From Thalassobaculaceae bacterium (GTDB lineage Bacteria; Pseudomonadota; Alphaproteobacteria; Thalassobaculales; Thalassobaculaceae), in contig OZ245843.1 in the NCBI GenBank assembly GCA_965228875.1, positions 434,001 through 498,000 of the forward strand: a stretch of 64,000 bases of DNA, in the 5' to 3' direction. The notes beneath the pieces are model-generated. The model saw only the letters and a program-made list of their open reading frames with translations, was not told the DNA's origin and made no database searches. The position numbers and the translations under genes were made by a program. This document shows, piece after piece, positions 45,371-54,541 of this stretch; positions within the stretch are counted from its first letter, which is position 1; every line of letters starts with the position of its first letter.

Positions 45371-45760
45371 ATGGACCGCAAGGCGATTGTCCCGGATGCG
45401 CTACGGAGCTGTTACGACGACTGGAAGATGTCGCCGGGGCTGGTGTCCGGCAACCATCTGTTCTGCACGGGCTTCACCGGGACCGGCCCGGACGGCCATT
45501 GCTCGCCCGATCCCGAGACACAGTTCCGCACGGCGTTCCAGCAGGTCGAGATGGTTCTGATGGAGGCCGGGCTGGACTTCGGCGCGGTCGTTGAGATGAC
45601 CTCCTATCACATCGGCCTGCGCGACCACCTCGACCTGTTCCGCAGGGTCCGGGCGGAATATGTGCGCGAGCCATATCCCGCCTGGACGGCCATCGAGGTT
45701 GCCGGTTTCGCCAGCGCCGATACGATCATCGAGATCCGGATCGTCGCCTGCGTAGCTTGA
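45371..45760 (+). CDS. RidA/YjgF-family protein
   Basis: LF.TG..G, R.EY..PYPAWTAIEV, IEI. Confidence 0.85.
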   Translation: MDRKAIVPDALRSCYDDWKMSPGLVSGNHLFCTGFTGTGPDGHCSPDPETQFRTAFQQVEMVLMEAGLDFGAVVEMTSYHIGLRDHLDLFRRVRAEYVREPYPAWTAIEVAGFASADTIIEIRIVACVA

Positions 45761-46736
45761 TCTGGACGGGAGCGGGCGGGGTCGACTCAAGCGCCCGGCT
45801 CAGCGCGTTCATCGCCGCCTCGATCTCGATCTCGGCCATCCGGTCGACCCGGTATTCGCCGCCGCCCTCCGGCTCCAGAGCCACCAGATTGGGATAGATC
45901 GTCAGGGGCGGCGAGCCGCCGAAGAGGCCGATCGAGGCGGTACCGGTGGCCGCCGCCAGGTTCAGCATGCCGCTGTCGTTCCCCAGGTAGACGTCGCTGG
46001 TCGCGACCAGGGCGGCGGCGACGCCGATCGGCCGGTTCACCGCCAGCACCACCGAGCCGCGGGCGTTCAGGACGATCCGCTCCGCGCTCTCGCGCTCGGC
46101 GTCTCCGCCGAACAGGATGACGCTGCCGCCGGTGCGGTCGGTGAAGGCCCGCGCGAGCTTGATGAAATTGTCCTCCGGCCAGCGCTTGAACGGTTCCGAC
46201 GCGCCGATACCAAGGCCGAGCCAGGGCCGCGGCAGGTCACCGTACAGGCGTGTGGCCTCGCCCCCGGCTTCCTCCGACGGGGACATGCGCGGTGTCGGAT
46301 CGACCTCGATCCCGTGGCCGCGCAGCAGCAGGCTGGCCCGGTCTCCCGGAGGCAGCTTCCGGTCGGTCTTGGGCAGGTCACGGTAGCTGAAGCGCCGGGG
46401 GATGCCGGCCAGTCGGGCGGCCGCGGCGTAGCGCCAGGAGCGGTGCAGGATCCAGACGGTCTCCGGCGCCAACCGGCGCAGGTCGGCGGCGAGCCGGAAG
46501 ACACCGAACGGGCCATCGTGGCGACCCCACCGCTCCCCGCCCTGCGCCCGTTCCAACCAGTAGACCCCGGAGATCCAAGGCGAACCCGCGAGCATCTCGT
46601 CGGCGAACGACCGGCGCTTTGTCATGACCGCGACGGTTCCGTCCGGCGACGCGTCGGCGAGCGCCTTCAGGTGCGGCAGATGCCAGACCATGTCGCCGAT
46701 TCCCGGCAGTGGCTGGATCACCAGCGTCTTCGTCAC
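45726..46736 (-). CDS. GT9 (heptosyltransferase-like) glycosyltransferase
   Basis: PGIGDMVW, GAS..KRWP, GNDSG.LNLAAA..GLFG. Confidence 0.88.
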   Translation of the reverse strand: MTKTLVIQPLPGIGDMVWHLPHLKALADASPDGTVAVMTKRRSFADEMLAGSPWISGVYWLERAQGGERWGRHDGPFGVFRLAADLRRLAPETVWILHRSWRYAAAARLAGIPRRFSYRDLPKTDRKLPPGDRASLLLRGHGIEVDPTPRMSPSEEAGGEATRLYGDLPRPWLGLGIGASEPFKRWPEDNFIKLARAFTDRTGGSVILFGGDAERESAERIVLNARGSVVLAVNRPIGVAAALVATSDVYLGNDSGMLNLAAATGTASIGLFGGSPPLTIYPNLVALEPEGGGEYRVDRMAEIEIEAAMNALSRALESTPPAPVQIKLRRRRSGSR

Positions 46737-46855
46737 GCCCGACTCCCGTCAAAACCTTGCTCTACCCCCGTCGGACTGCCTACACCACTCCGGCCGCGCC
46801 GTCAGCGGGCCAACGTGTCCGCGGCGGGCGCCGCCACAGCCGAGAGGATCGTCCG

Positions 46856-47377
46856 ATGCCCGACGCCAGCTTCCGCCTGTACATGGCCATCAGCCTCGAC
46901 GGCTACGTCGCCGACGCCGAGGGCGGCGTCGACTGGCTGAATGCCTTCGAGACGGGGGTCGATTACGGGACCGACGCCTTCATGGCCGAGGTCGACACCC
47001 TGATCATGGGGCGTGCCACCTACGATCAGGTCATCGGCTTCGGCGTCTGGCCCTACGCGGGCAAGCGGACCTTCGTGCTCACCTCGCGCCCGATAGAGGA
47101 TGCGCCAGTGGATGTCGAAGGGACGTCCGATCTGGCCGGTCTGATCGCCGAGTTGCGGGAGCAGAAGGCGCAGGTGTGGATCGTCGGCGGCCCGGCCGCG
47201 GTCGACGGCTGCCGGTCGATGGGGGCGCTGGACACGGTGGAACTGTTCGTCATGCCGGTGCTGCTGGGATCGGGCATCCCGCTCTTCGCCGGCGAGGCCG
47301 AGGCCCTGGGCCTTCACCTAGTCTCGGTCGACGCGTTCGATACCGGGGCGGTGGCCGTCAGATATGAGGTGGAGTGA
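46856..47377 (+). CDS. Dihydrofolate reductase / RibD C-terminal family protein
   Basis: AISLDGYVA, MGRATY, W.VGG, PVLLGSGIPLF. Confidence 0.88.
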   Translation: MPDASFRLYMAISLDGYVADAEGGVDWLNAFETGVDYGTDAFMAEVDTLIMGRATYDQVIGFGVWPYAGKRTFVLTSRPIEDAPVDVEGTSDLAGLIAELREQKAQVWIVGGPAAVDGCRSMGALDTVELFVMPVLLGSGIPLFAGEAEALGLHLVSVDAFDTGAVAVRYEVE

Positions 47378-47427
47378 GCCGGAAATCGCTCCTAGTATCG
47401 CGGGAAACGCTGTCAATGGAGTCCTCG

Positions 47428-48759
47428 ATGTCCCTCGCGGCCAATGATTCGACCAAGCCGAACGATCTCGATCCGTTCTGGATGCCCTTCACCGCCAACC
47501 GCGACTTCAAGCAGCAGCCGCGGATGTTCGTCGAGGCGGAGGGCATGCACTACATCACCGCCGACGGCCGTCGGGTGCTCGACGGGACCTCGGGCCTGTG
47601 GTGCTCGAACGCCGGCCATCGGCGCAAGCCGATCGTCGACGCCATCCGCAAGCAGGCGGAAGTGCTGGACTTCGCGCCGGCGTTCCAGATGGGCCATCCG
47701 CTCTCCTTCGAGTTCGCCTCGCGGCTGACCCAGATGATCGAGGGCTACAGCCAGGTGTTCTTCACCAATTCCGGTTCGGAATCGGTGGACACCGCGCTGA
47801 AGATCGCGCTCGCCTATCAGCGGGCGATCGGCCAGGGAACGCGCACCCGCCTGATCGGGCGCGAGCGGGGATATCACGGCGTCGGTTTCGGCGGCATCTC
47901 GGTCGGCGGCATCGTCGGCAACCGCAAGCAGTTCGGCACCCTGCTGACCGGCGTCGACCACATCCGCCACACCCACGACCTGGAGCACAACGCCTACACC
48001 AAGGGCGAGCCGGGCTGGGGCGCGCACATGGCCGACGATCTCGAGCGGCTGGTCGCACTGCATGACGCCTCCACCATCGCCGCCGTGATCGTCGAGCCGG
48101 TGGCCGGGTCGACCGGTGTGCTGATTCCGCCGCAGGGCTACCTCAAGCGCCTGCGGGAGATCTGCGACAAGCACGGCATCCTGCTGATCTTCGACGAGGT
48201 CATCACCGGGTTCGGCAGGCTCGGCTCGCCGTTCGCCAGCGACTATTTCGGCGTCAAGCCCGACCTGTTCACCACGGCCAAGGGCATCACCAACGCGACG
48301 GTGCCGATGGGTGCCGTGTTCTGCCGCGACGGCATCTACGACGCGTTCATGGACGCGCCGGAAGGCTCGATCGAGCTGTTCCACGGCTACACGTACTCGG
48401 GTCATCCGCTGGCCTGCGCCGCCGGACTCGCCACCATCGACCTGTACCGCGACGAGGGGCTGTTCGAGCGGGCGGCGGAACTGGCGCCGTACTGGCAGGA
48501 CGCCATGCACTCGCTCAAGGGCTCCAACCACGTGATCGACATCCGCAACCTCGGTATGGTCGGCGCGGTCGAACTCGAGGGCATTCCGGGCAAGCCGACG
48601 GCGCGGGCCATGGACGCCTTCAAGCAATGCTACGAGAAGGGGCTGCTGGTCCGCACCACCGGCGACATCATCGCGCTGTCGCCGCCGCTGATCGTCGAGA
48701 AGGGCCAGATCGACTTCATCGCCGAGACTGTCGGTGACGTCCTGCGCACCTTGCATTGA
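47428..48759 (+). CDS. Omega-amino acid (beta-alanine):pyruvate aminotransferase, class III
   Basis: WMPFTANR, SGLWC, FDEVITGFGR, TTAKG, HGYTYSGHP. Confidence 0.92.
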   Translation: MSLAANDSTKPNDLDPFWMPFTANRDFKQQPRMFVEAEGMHYITADGRRVLDGTSGLWCSNAGHRRKPIVDAIRKQAEVLDFAPAFQMGHPLSFEFASRLTQMIEGYSQVFFTNSGSESVDTALKIALAYQRAIGQGTRTRLIGRERGYHGVGFGGISVGGIVGNRKQFGTLLTGVDHIRHTHDLEHNAYTKGEPGWGAHMADDLERLVALHDASTIAAVIVEPVAGSTGVLIPPQGYLKRLREICDKHGILLIFDEVITGFGRLGSPFASDYFGVKPDLFTTAKGITNATVPMGAVFCRDGIYDAFMDAPEGSIELFHGYTYSGHPLACAAGLATIDLYRDEGLFERAAELAPYWQDAMHSLKGSNHVIDIRNLGMVGAVELEGIPGKPTARAMDAFKQCYEKGLLVRTTGDIIALSPPLIVEKGQIDFIAETVGDVLRTLH

Positions 48760-48899
48760 GCGACGGAGGGCGTAGGGAACGGGTTTCGCTACGCTCTTCA
48801 ATAACTTGCGCGTTTCCACTAAACTCCTCGAATGAAAGCGGCCAGCCGCTTGGTCTTGGATGGGGGTGGAAAGCGATGATGACACTGGGACAGGGTCCG

Positions 48900-49175
48900 A
48901 TGCGGACCGTTCTGGTGGTCGCTTTTGTCGGGCTGCTGGCGGGCTGCGCGGGTGTGGGGGCATCGGTGCGTTCGGCAGTTGACGGCGTGAAGACCGCCTT
49001 CGATCCGCCGAAAGAGGAGCCGGCGCCCGACGTGGAGCCCCGTTACTGCTACAGGACACTCGGCAAGGTGAACTGCTATCCGCAGCCTCTGCCGGCCAGC
49101 GAGGCGAACCGGCTGGTCGGCTATCAGGGGCCGGCCCCGCGCGCGACCAGCGGGACGGGACCTCTCAGCCCGTGA
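48900..49175 (+). CDS. Small hypothetical lipoprotein
   Basis: LLAGC lipobox; YCYRTLGKVNCY. Confidence 0.7.
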   Translation: MRTVLVVAFVGLLAGCAGVGASVRSAVDGVKTAFDPPKEEPAPDVEPRYCYRTLGKVNCYPQPLPASEANRLVGYQGPAPRATSGTGPLSP

Positions 49176-49215
49176 CGGTCACCGTTTGCCTGTCTCCGTC
49201 ACTGCGGAACCGCCG

Positions 49216-49938
49216 GTGACGGCCCGCTTTCCCGGCCTGCTGCTTGCGCTGAGCCTGTGTGCGTTCCCCCACGCGACGCAGCCGGTGCTGGCGCAGGATG
49301 CCGACGTTCCGGTGCCTCAGACCTACGGCGATGCCATGCGCTGGTACCGCGACGCCGCCGAGGCCGGTGACGCGAAGGCGATGTTCTACCTCGGCCTGAC
49401 CATGGAGCAGGGCTTGCGCGCCGGCGCCGATGCGCGGGAGGCGGTGGCCTGGTATCGACGGTCGGCCGATGGTGGCTTCGCCCTGGCTCAGTTCAAGCTC
49501 GGGCAGCTCTACCAGTTCGGCCAGCTCGTCGAACAGGACGCGGATCGCGCGCGGCGCTGGTATGCCGAGGCGGCCGCCCAGAACCTCGCCGACGCCCAGT
49601 ACAATCTGGCGGTGATGCTGGAGACGGGGGAAGGCGGCCCGGTCGATGGCGAACGGGCGCAGGCGCTCTATCGGGACGCCGCCGCCGGCGGAATACCTGA
49701 GGCGTTCGTGAACCTGGCAGGGCTGCTGGCCCAGGGCGACCTGGTCGAGCAGGACCTGGTGGAGGCACTGAAATGGCTTCTCCTGGCCGAGCGGGCCGGC
49801 GTCGAGCAGGGGCAGGCAATGGCGGCGGCGGTCCGCCAACTGCTGAACCCGGTGGAGGTGGCGGATGCCGAAGCACGGGCCGATCGCTGGGCGAGCACCC
49901 GGGAGGGCGGACGCCCGCTGCCCCGGGCGGTGGAGTAG
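49216..49938 (+). CDS. Sel1-repeat protein, secreted
   Basis: Signal peptide; repeated A..WY..AA..G..A...LG. Confidence 0.85.
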   Translation: MTARFPGLLLALSLCAFPHATQPVLAQDADVPVPQTYGDAMRWYRDAAEAGDAKAMFYLGLTMEQGLRAGADAREAVAWYRRSADGGFALAQFKLGQLYQFGQLVEQDADRARRWYAEAAAQNLADAQYNLAVMLETGEGGPVDGERAQALYRDAAAGGIPEAFVNLAGLLAQGDLVEQDLVEALKWLLLAERAGVEQGQAMAAAVRQLLNPVEVADAEARADRWASTREGGRPLPRAVE

Positions 49939-50088
49939 GCGTGCGGCCTTAACCCTCGGAATCATCGGCGATTCCTTGAACGATTCGTCCATCAAAACGT
50001 TTCAAATTGCTCCGACTGTGCTCTAGAAAGCACCTCACCAAAGCGCTGACATCAGGAGGCGGACCGCCGGTCGAGGTCCGCGAGTTGC

Positions 50089-51513
50089 ATGAAGCCGCCG
50101 CTCTGCGTCGATCTCGATGACACGTTGCTGCGAACGGATCTTCTGTTCGAGTCGCTTCTCGTCGCGCTTCGACGGCGCCCGTGGATCCTGTTTCTGCTGC
50201 CGTTCTGGGTGGCGGGTGGACGGTCGTCGCTGAAGCGCCGGCTGGCGGCGATTGCCGGCGACGGAGTCGACATCGACCTGTTGCCGGTGACCGAGGATCT
50301 CGTTGACTACCTGCGCGCCGAGAAGACGGCGGGCCGGCGGATCGAGTTGGTGTCCGCTTCCGACGGAGTCCTGGTGGCGAGAGTTGCCGAGCGGTTCGGC
50401 GATCTGTTCGACCATGTCGAGGGCAGCGACGGCGTCACCAATCTGAAGGGGCCGGCGAAAGCCGCCGCCCTGGTCGCCCGTCATCCGGACGGCTTCGTCT
50501 ACGCCGGGGACAGCACCGCCGACGACGCGGTTTGGACGCGCGCGGCCGGCGCGATTCCGGTGAACGCGGCCCGCGATCGGCGCGCCGCCATCGACCGTCT
50601 GGCGCCGGTCGAGGCCGAATTCGGGACTCCGGTCAGCCTCGCCCGTGGAATGAAGTCGGGTATGCGCCTGCACCAGTGGGCGAAGAACGGGCTCATCTTC
50701 CTGCCGCTTCTGCTGACCAGCGCCTATACCGACCCGGCCATTCTGCTCAGCGCTGTCGCGGCGTTTCTCGGTTTCTCGTTGGCGGCCAGCGGCACCTATC
50801 TGCTGAACGACCTGCTCGATCTCGGCGCCGATCGGGGGCATCCGACCAAGAAGCGGCGGGCGCTCGCTTCCGGCCGCCTGCCAGTCGCGGTCGGACTTGT
50901 CGCGGCCCCGGCGCTGGTGGCGATCGGCCTGGTCCTCGCCGCTCTGGCGGGGTGGGGTGTGGCCGGCTGCCTGGCGGTCTACCTCGTGCTGACGCTCGCC
51001 TACTCCTTCGGGGTCAAGTCGATGGCGGTGGTCGACGTCATCGTGCTCGGCGCGTTGTTCACGCTTCGCCTGTTCGCCGGCCATACCCTGGTGGAAGGCG
51101 GGGCGCCGGTCTGGCTGCTCGGGTTCTCGCTGTTTCTGTTCACCAGCCTCGCCCTGGTCAAGCGGCTGATCGAGGTGCGCGGGCTGGAGGCGCGCGGGCT
51201 GGAGGCGATTCCGGGTCGCGGCTATCGCGCCGGCGACAGCGGATTTGTCGAGAGTTTCGGCATCACCACGAGCGTCGCCTCGGTGGTGATCTTCATGATC
51301 TACCTTGCGATCGAGCCGGAGCACGCCAGACGTCTCTCCGACCCGGAGTGGCTCTGGGTCGTGCCGGCGATGCTCGGCTTCTGGTTGCCGAGGGTCTGGC
51401 TGCTGGCGCGGCGCGGTGAGGTTCATGACGACCCCGTGGTGTTCGCCCTGAAGGATCCGCCGAGCCTCGTGCTGGGCGCCGTCGCCTTTCTGGCCATCCT
51501 GGTGGCCGCATGA
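50089..51513 (+). CDS. HAD-UbiA fusion: polyprenyl-phosphate phosphoribosyltransferase/phosphatase
   Basis: N-terminal DLDDT HAD motif and GDS..D; R.HQW.KN, Y..NDL.D..DR.HP.K..R..ASG, HDDPV.FA.KD. Confidence 0.9.
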   Translation: MKPPLCVDLDDTLLRTDLLFESLLVALRRRPWILFLLPFWVAGGRSSLKRRLAAIAGDGVDIDLLPVTEDLVDYLRAEKTAGRRIELVSASDGVLVARVAERFGDLFDHVEGSDGVTNLKGPAKAAALVARHPDGFVYAGDSTADDAVWTRAAGAIPVNAARDRRAAIDRLAPVEAEFGTPVSLARGMKSGMRLHQWAKNGLIFLPLLLTSAYTDPAILLSAVAAFLGFSLAASGTYLLNDLLDLGADRGHPTKKRRALASGRLPVAVGLVAAPALVAIGLVLAALAGWGVAGCLAVYLVLTLAYSFGVKSMAVVDVIVLGALFTLRLFAGHTLVEGGAPVWLLGFSLFLFTSLALVKRLIEVRGLEARGLEAIPGRGYRAGDSGFVESFGITTSVASVVIFMIYLAIEPEHARRLSDPEWLWVVPAMLGFWLPRVWLLARRGEVHDDPVVFALKDPPSLVLGAVAFLAILVAA

Positions 51514-52838
51514 CCGTGCGCGAGGATCATCGGGTTCTCGCCTGGGGGCGCGTGCACCGTGGCCGGCATCTGGTGGCGGCACCGCTCTCGCGGGCGGAGA
51601 TCCCCGGCGCCGCGCGCGATACGGCCGATGCCGGCGGCTCGACACTGGCCCACGGTCTTGGTCGGTCCTATGGCGACAGCGGTCTCAACCTCGGCGGCGG
51701 TCTGGTCCGTACGGCCGGCCTCGACCGTCTGATCGCGTTCGACCGGGACACCGGGGTGCTGCGCGCCGATGCGGGCCTGTCCCTCGCCGCGCTGTTGCGC
51801 GTCACCGTGCCAGCGGGTTGGTTCTTGCCAGTGACACCGGGGACGAAGTTCGTGACCCTGGGCGGCGCCGTTGCCAACGATGTGCACGGCAAGAACCACC
51901 ACGTTGCCGGAACGTTCGGCCGCCACGTCACCCGATTCGGCCTGTGGCGGAGCGACCGGGGCGAACTGACCTGCTCTCCTGAGGAGAACGCGGATCTTTT
52001 CGCCCTGACCGTCGGAGGGCTCGGCCTGACCGGCGTGGTCACCTGGGTGGAACTGCAGCTCGAGAGAATTGCCAGCGCGGAGCTCGATGTCGAGAACCGA
52101 CCGTTCGACGACCTCGACGCCTTCTTCGCGCTGTCCGAGGAGTCGCAGTCATGGCCGTTCACGGTCGCCTGGGTCGACACGCTGGCGCGGGGGGCGGGCC
52201 TCGGGCGCGGGATCTTCTCGCGTGGGCGCTGGGCGGAAACCGGCGAATTGCAGCCCCATCGCGACGGTGGCCCGCGGATGCCGTTGGACGCGCCCGGCGG
52301 GCTGCTCAACAGCCTGACGGTCGGTGCCTTCAACCGGCTCTACCGCGCGCGTCCCGGCGCGCGCTTCCATGGCCGCCAGCACTACGATCCGTTCTTCTAT
52401 CCGCTCGACCGGCTGCGCGAGTGGAACCGGATGTACGGCCCGCGCGGCTTCTACCAGTGGCAGTGCGCGATCCCGAGCGAGGCAATGGTCTCGGCAACCC
52501 GCACGCTGCTCGACAGCATCGCCGCCAGCGGCGAGGCGTCGTTCCTGGCCGTGCTCAAGACTTTCGGCGACATGCCTTCGCCCGGTGTGCTGTCCTTTCC
52601 GATGCCGGGCGCGACGCTGGCGCTGGACTTCCCGAACCGGGGGGCGGACACGCTGGCGCTGTTGGGGCGCCTGGATCGGGTTGTGGCCGAGGCGGGAGGA
52701 CGTCTATACCCCGCCAAGGACGGGCGCCTGCCGCAGGCGATGTTCCGCGCCGGTTTCCCGCGCTGGAGGGACCTCGAGGCGGCGCGCGATCCGGTTCTGA
52801 TGTCGAGTTTCTGGCGCCGCATGACCGAGGAAGGGTGA
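51510..52838 (+). CDS. DprE1-like FAD oxidase (polyprenyl-P-ribose 2'-oxidase)
   Basis: GLGRSYGD, PVTPGTKFVTLGGA.ANDVHGKNHH..G.FG, FFYPLD..WNR.YG..GF.Q.Q, GGRLY.AKD. Confidence 0.9.
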   Translation: MTVREDHRVLAWGRVHRGRHLVAAPLSRAEIPGAARDTADAGGSTLAHGLGRSYGDSGLNLGGGLVRTAGLDRLIAFDRDTGVLRADAGLSLAALLRVTVPAGWFLPVTPGTKFVTLGGAVANDVHGKNHHVAGTFGRHVTRFGLWRSDRGELTCSPEENADLFALTVGGLGLTGVVTWVELQLERIASAELDVENRPFDDLDAFFALSEESQSWPFTVAWVDTLARGAGLGRGIFSRGRWAETGELQPHRDGGPRMPLDAPGGLLNSLTVGAFNRLYRARPGARFHGRQHYDPFFYPLDRLREWNRMYGPRGFYQWQCAIPSEAMVSATRTLLDSIAASGEASFLAVLKTFGDMPSPGVLSFPMPGATLALDFPNRGADTLALLGRLDRVVAEAGGRLYPAKDGRLPQAMFRAGFPRWRDLEAARDPVLMSSFWRRMTEEG

Positions 52839-52844
52839 TCCGAG

Positions 52845-53597
52845 ATGGCCGCGAATAGCCGCATTCTGGTGCTGGGGGCCACCTCCGCCATCGCCGAGCA
52901 CTGGTGTCGCCTGCGCGCGGCATCCGGCGACAGTCTGCTGTTGGTGGCGCGCGATGGCGATAAACTGTCGTCGATCGCCGCCGACCTCAAGGCACGGGGC
53001 GTGGCAAGGGTCGAGTCCGTGGTCGAGGATCTGGCCGAGACCGCCGATGCGGACGCGCGGTTCGCCCGCTGGTCCGAGACCCTGGGCGGTGTCGACATCG
53101 TCCTGCTCGCCTACGGCATCCTCTGTGACCAGCAGGAGGCGCAGAGCGATACCGACATGCTGCTTGCCGGCATCCGGGCGAACTTCACCTCCGCCGCGGT
53201 CTGGTGCGAGTTGTCGGCTCGCCGGTTCGAGGCGGCGGGGGCGGGGACGCTGGTCGCCATCTCGTCGGTCGCCGGCGATCGCGGACGTCGGACCAACTAC
53301 GCCTATGGCGCGGCAAAGGCCGGCCTGTCGACCTATCTGGAGGGGCTGGCCCACCGGTTCGCCGGAAGCGCGGTCACCGTGATCTGCGTGAAGCCCGGCT
53401 TCGTCGCCACGCCGATGACCGCTCATATCGAGGGGCGGGACGGCCCGCTCTGGGCCACGCCGGATCAAGTCGCCGGGGACATTCAGGCGGCCGTAGAGAA
53501 GCGGCGGCCGGAGATCTACACCCGCTGGTTCTGGTATTTCGTGATGCTCATCATCCGCAATCTGCCCCGGCCCATCTTCAACAAGATGAAGATCTGA
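52845..53597 (+). CDS. DprE2-like SDR reductase
   Basis: LGATSAIA, ISSVAGDRGR.TNY.YGAAK, KPGFV.TPMT; follows the dprE1-like gene. Confidence 0.85.
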   Translation: MAANSRILVLGATSAIAEHWCRLRAASGDSLLLVARDGDKLSSIAADLKARGVARVESVVEDLAETADADARFARWSETLGGVDIVLLAYGILCDQQEAQSDTDMLLAGIRANFTSAAVWCELSARRFEAAGAGTLVAISSVAGDRGRRTNYAYGAAKAGLSTYLEGLAHRFAGSAVTVICVKPGFVATPMTAHIEGRDGPLWATPDQVAGDIQAAVEKRRPEIYTRWFWYFVMLIIRNLPRPIFNKMKI

Positions 53598-53601
53598 TCC
53601 C

Positions 53602-54531
53602 ATGGCGCGTATCGTCATCACCGGCGCCGCCGGCCTCGTCGGCCAGAATCTGATCGCGGGTATCGTCGACCGCGCGGACCTGCAGATCGTCGCCATCGAC
53701 AAGCATCCCAGGAACACGCCGGTTCTGGCGCGGCTGCATCCCGGGATCGAGGTCATCGAGGCGGACCTGGCCCGGCCGGGCGACTGGACGGGGGCGTTCA
53801 AGGGGGCGGACGCCGTGATCCAGCTCCACGCCCAGATCGGCGGTCTCGATGCCGACACCTTCGAGGCCAACAACGTGCGCGCCACCACGCTGGTGCTCGA
53901 CGCGATGAAGGCCGAGGGCGTGCCGTACCTCGTGCACGTCTCCTCGTCGGTGGTGAACTCCAAGGCCGTCGACTTCTACACCGAGAGCAAGAAGGCCCAG
54001 GAGCGGCTGGTGGTGGAGAGCGGGATCGCCCATTCGATCCTGCGCCCGACCCTGATGTACGGCTGGTTCGACCGAAAGCATCTCGGCTGGCTCGCCCGTT
54101 TCATGCAGCGCGCGCCGGTGTTTCCGATCCCGGGCAGCGGCCGCTACATGCGCCAGCCGCTTTACGCCGGCGATTTCTCCGACATCGTGCTGGCCTGTCT
54201 CGACGGCCGGCGCGAGGGGGCCTGGAACATCTCCGGCCAGGAGAAGATCGACTATGTCGACCTGATCAAAGCGGTACGCCGGGCGAGCGGAGCGAAGACG
54301 CCGATCCTGCACATTCCCTACAGCCTGTTCTGGCTGCTGCTGCGGGTCTATGCGGTGTTCGACCGCGATCCGCCCTTCACCACCAAGCAGCTCGAAGCGC
54401 TGGTGACGCCGGACAGCTTTGAGGTGATCGATTGGCCGGGCATCTTCGGCGTGCGTTCGACGCCGCTGGACGAGGCGCTGGCGGCCACCTTCAACGACCC
54501 GAAGTATTCGGGCGTGATCCTGGATTTCTGA
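53602..54531 (+). CDS. Extended SDR (NAD-dependent epimerase/reductase)
   Basis: TGAAGLVG, SSSV, YTESK, LRP. Confidence 0.85.
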   Translation: MARIVITGAAGLVGQNLIAGIVDRADLQIVAIDKHPRNTPVLARLHPGIEVIEADLARPGDWTGAFKGADAVIQLHAQIGGLDADTFEANNVRATTLVLDAMKAEGVPYLVHVSSSVVNSKAVDFYTESKKAQERLVVESGIAHSILRPTLMYGWFDRKHLGWLARFMQRAPVFPIPGSGRYMRQPLYAGDFSDIVLACLDGRREGAWNISGQEKIDYVDLIKAVRRASGAKTPILHIPYSLFWLLLRVYAVFDRDPPFTTKQLEALVTPDSFEVIDWPGIFGVRSTPLDEALAATFNDPKYSGVILDF

Positions 54532-54541
54532 GGAGGCCCGG

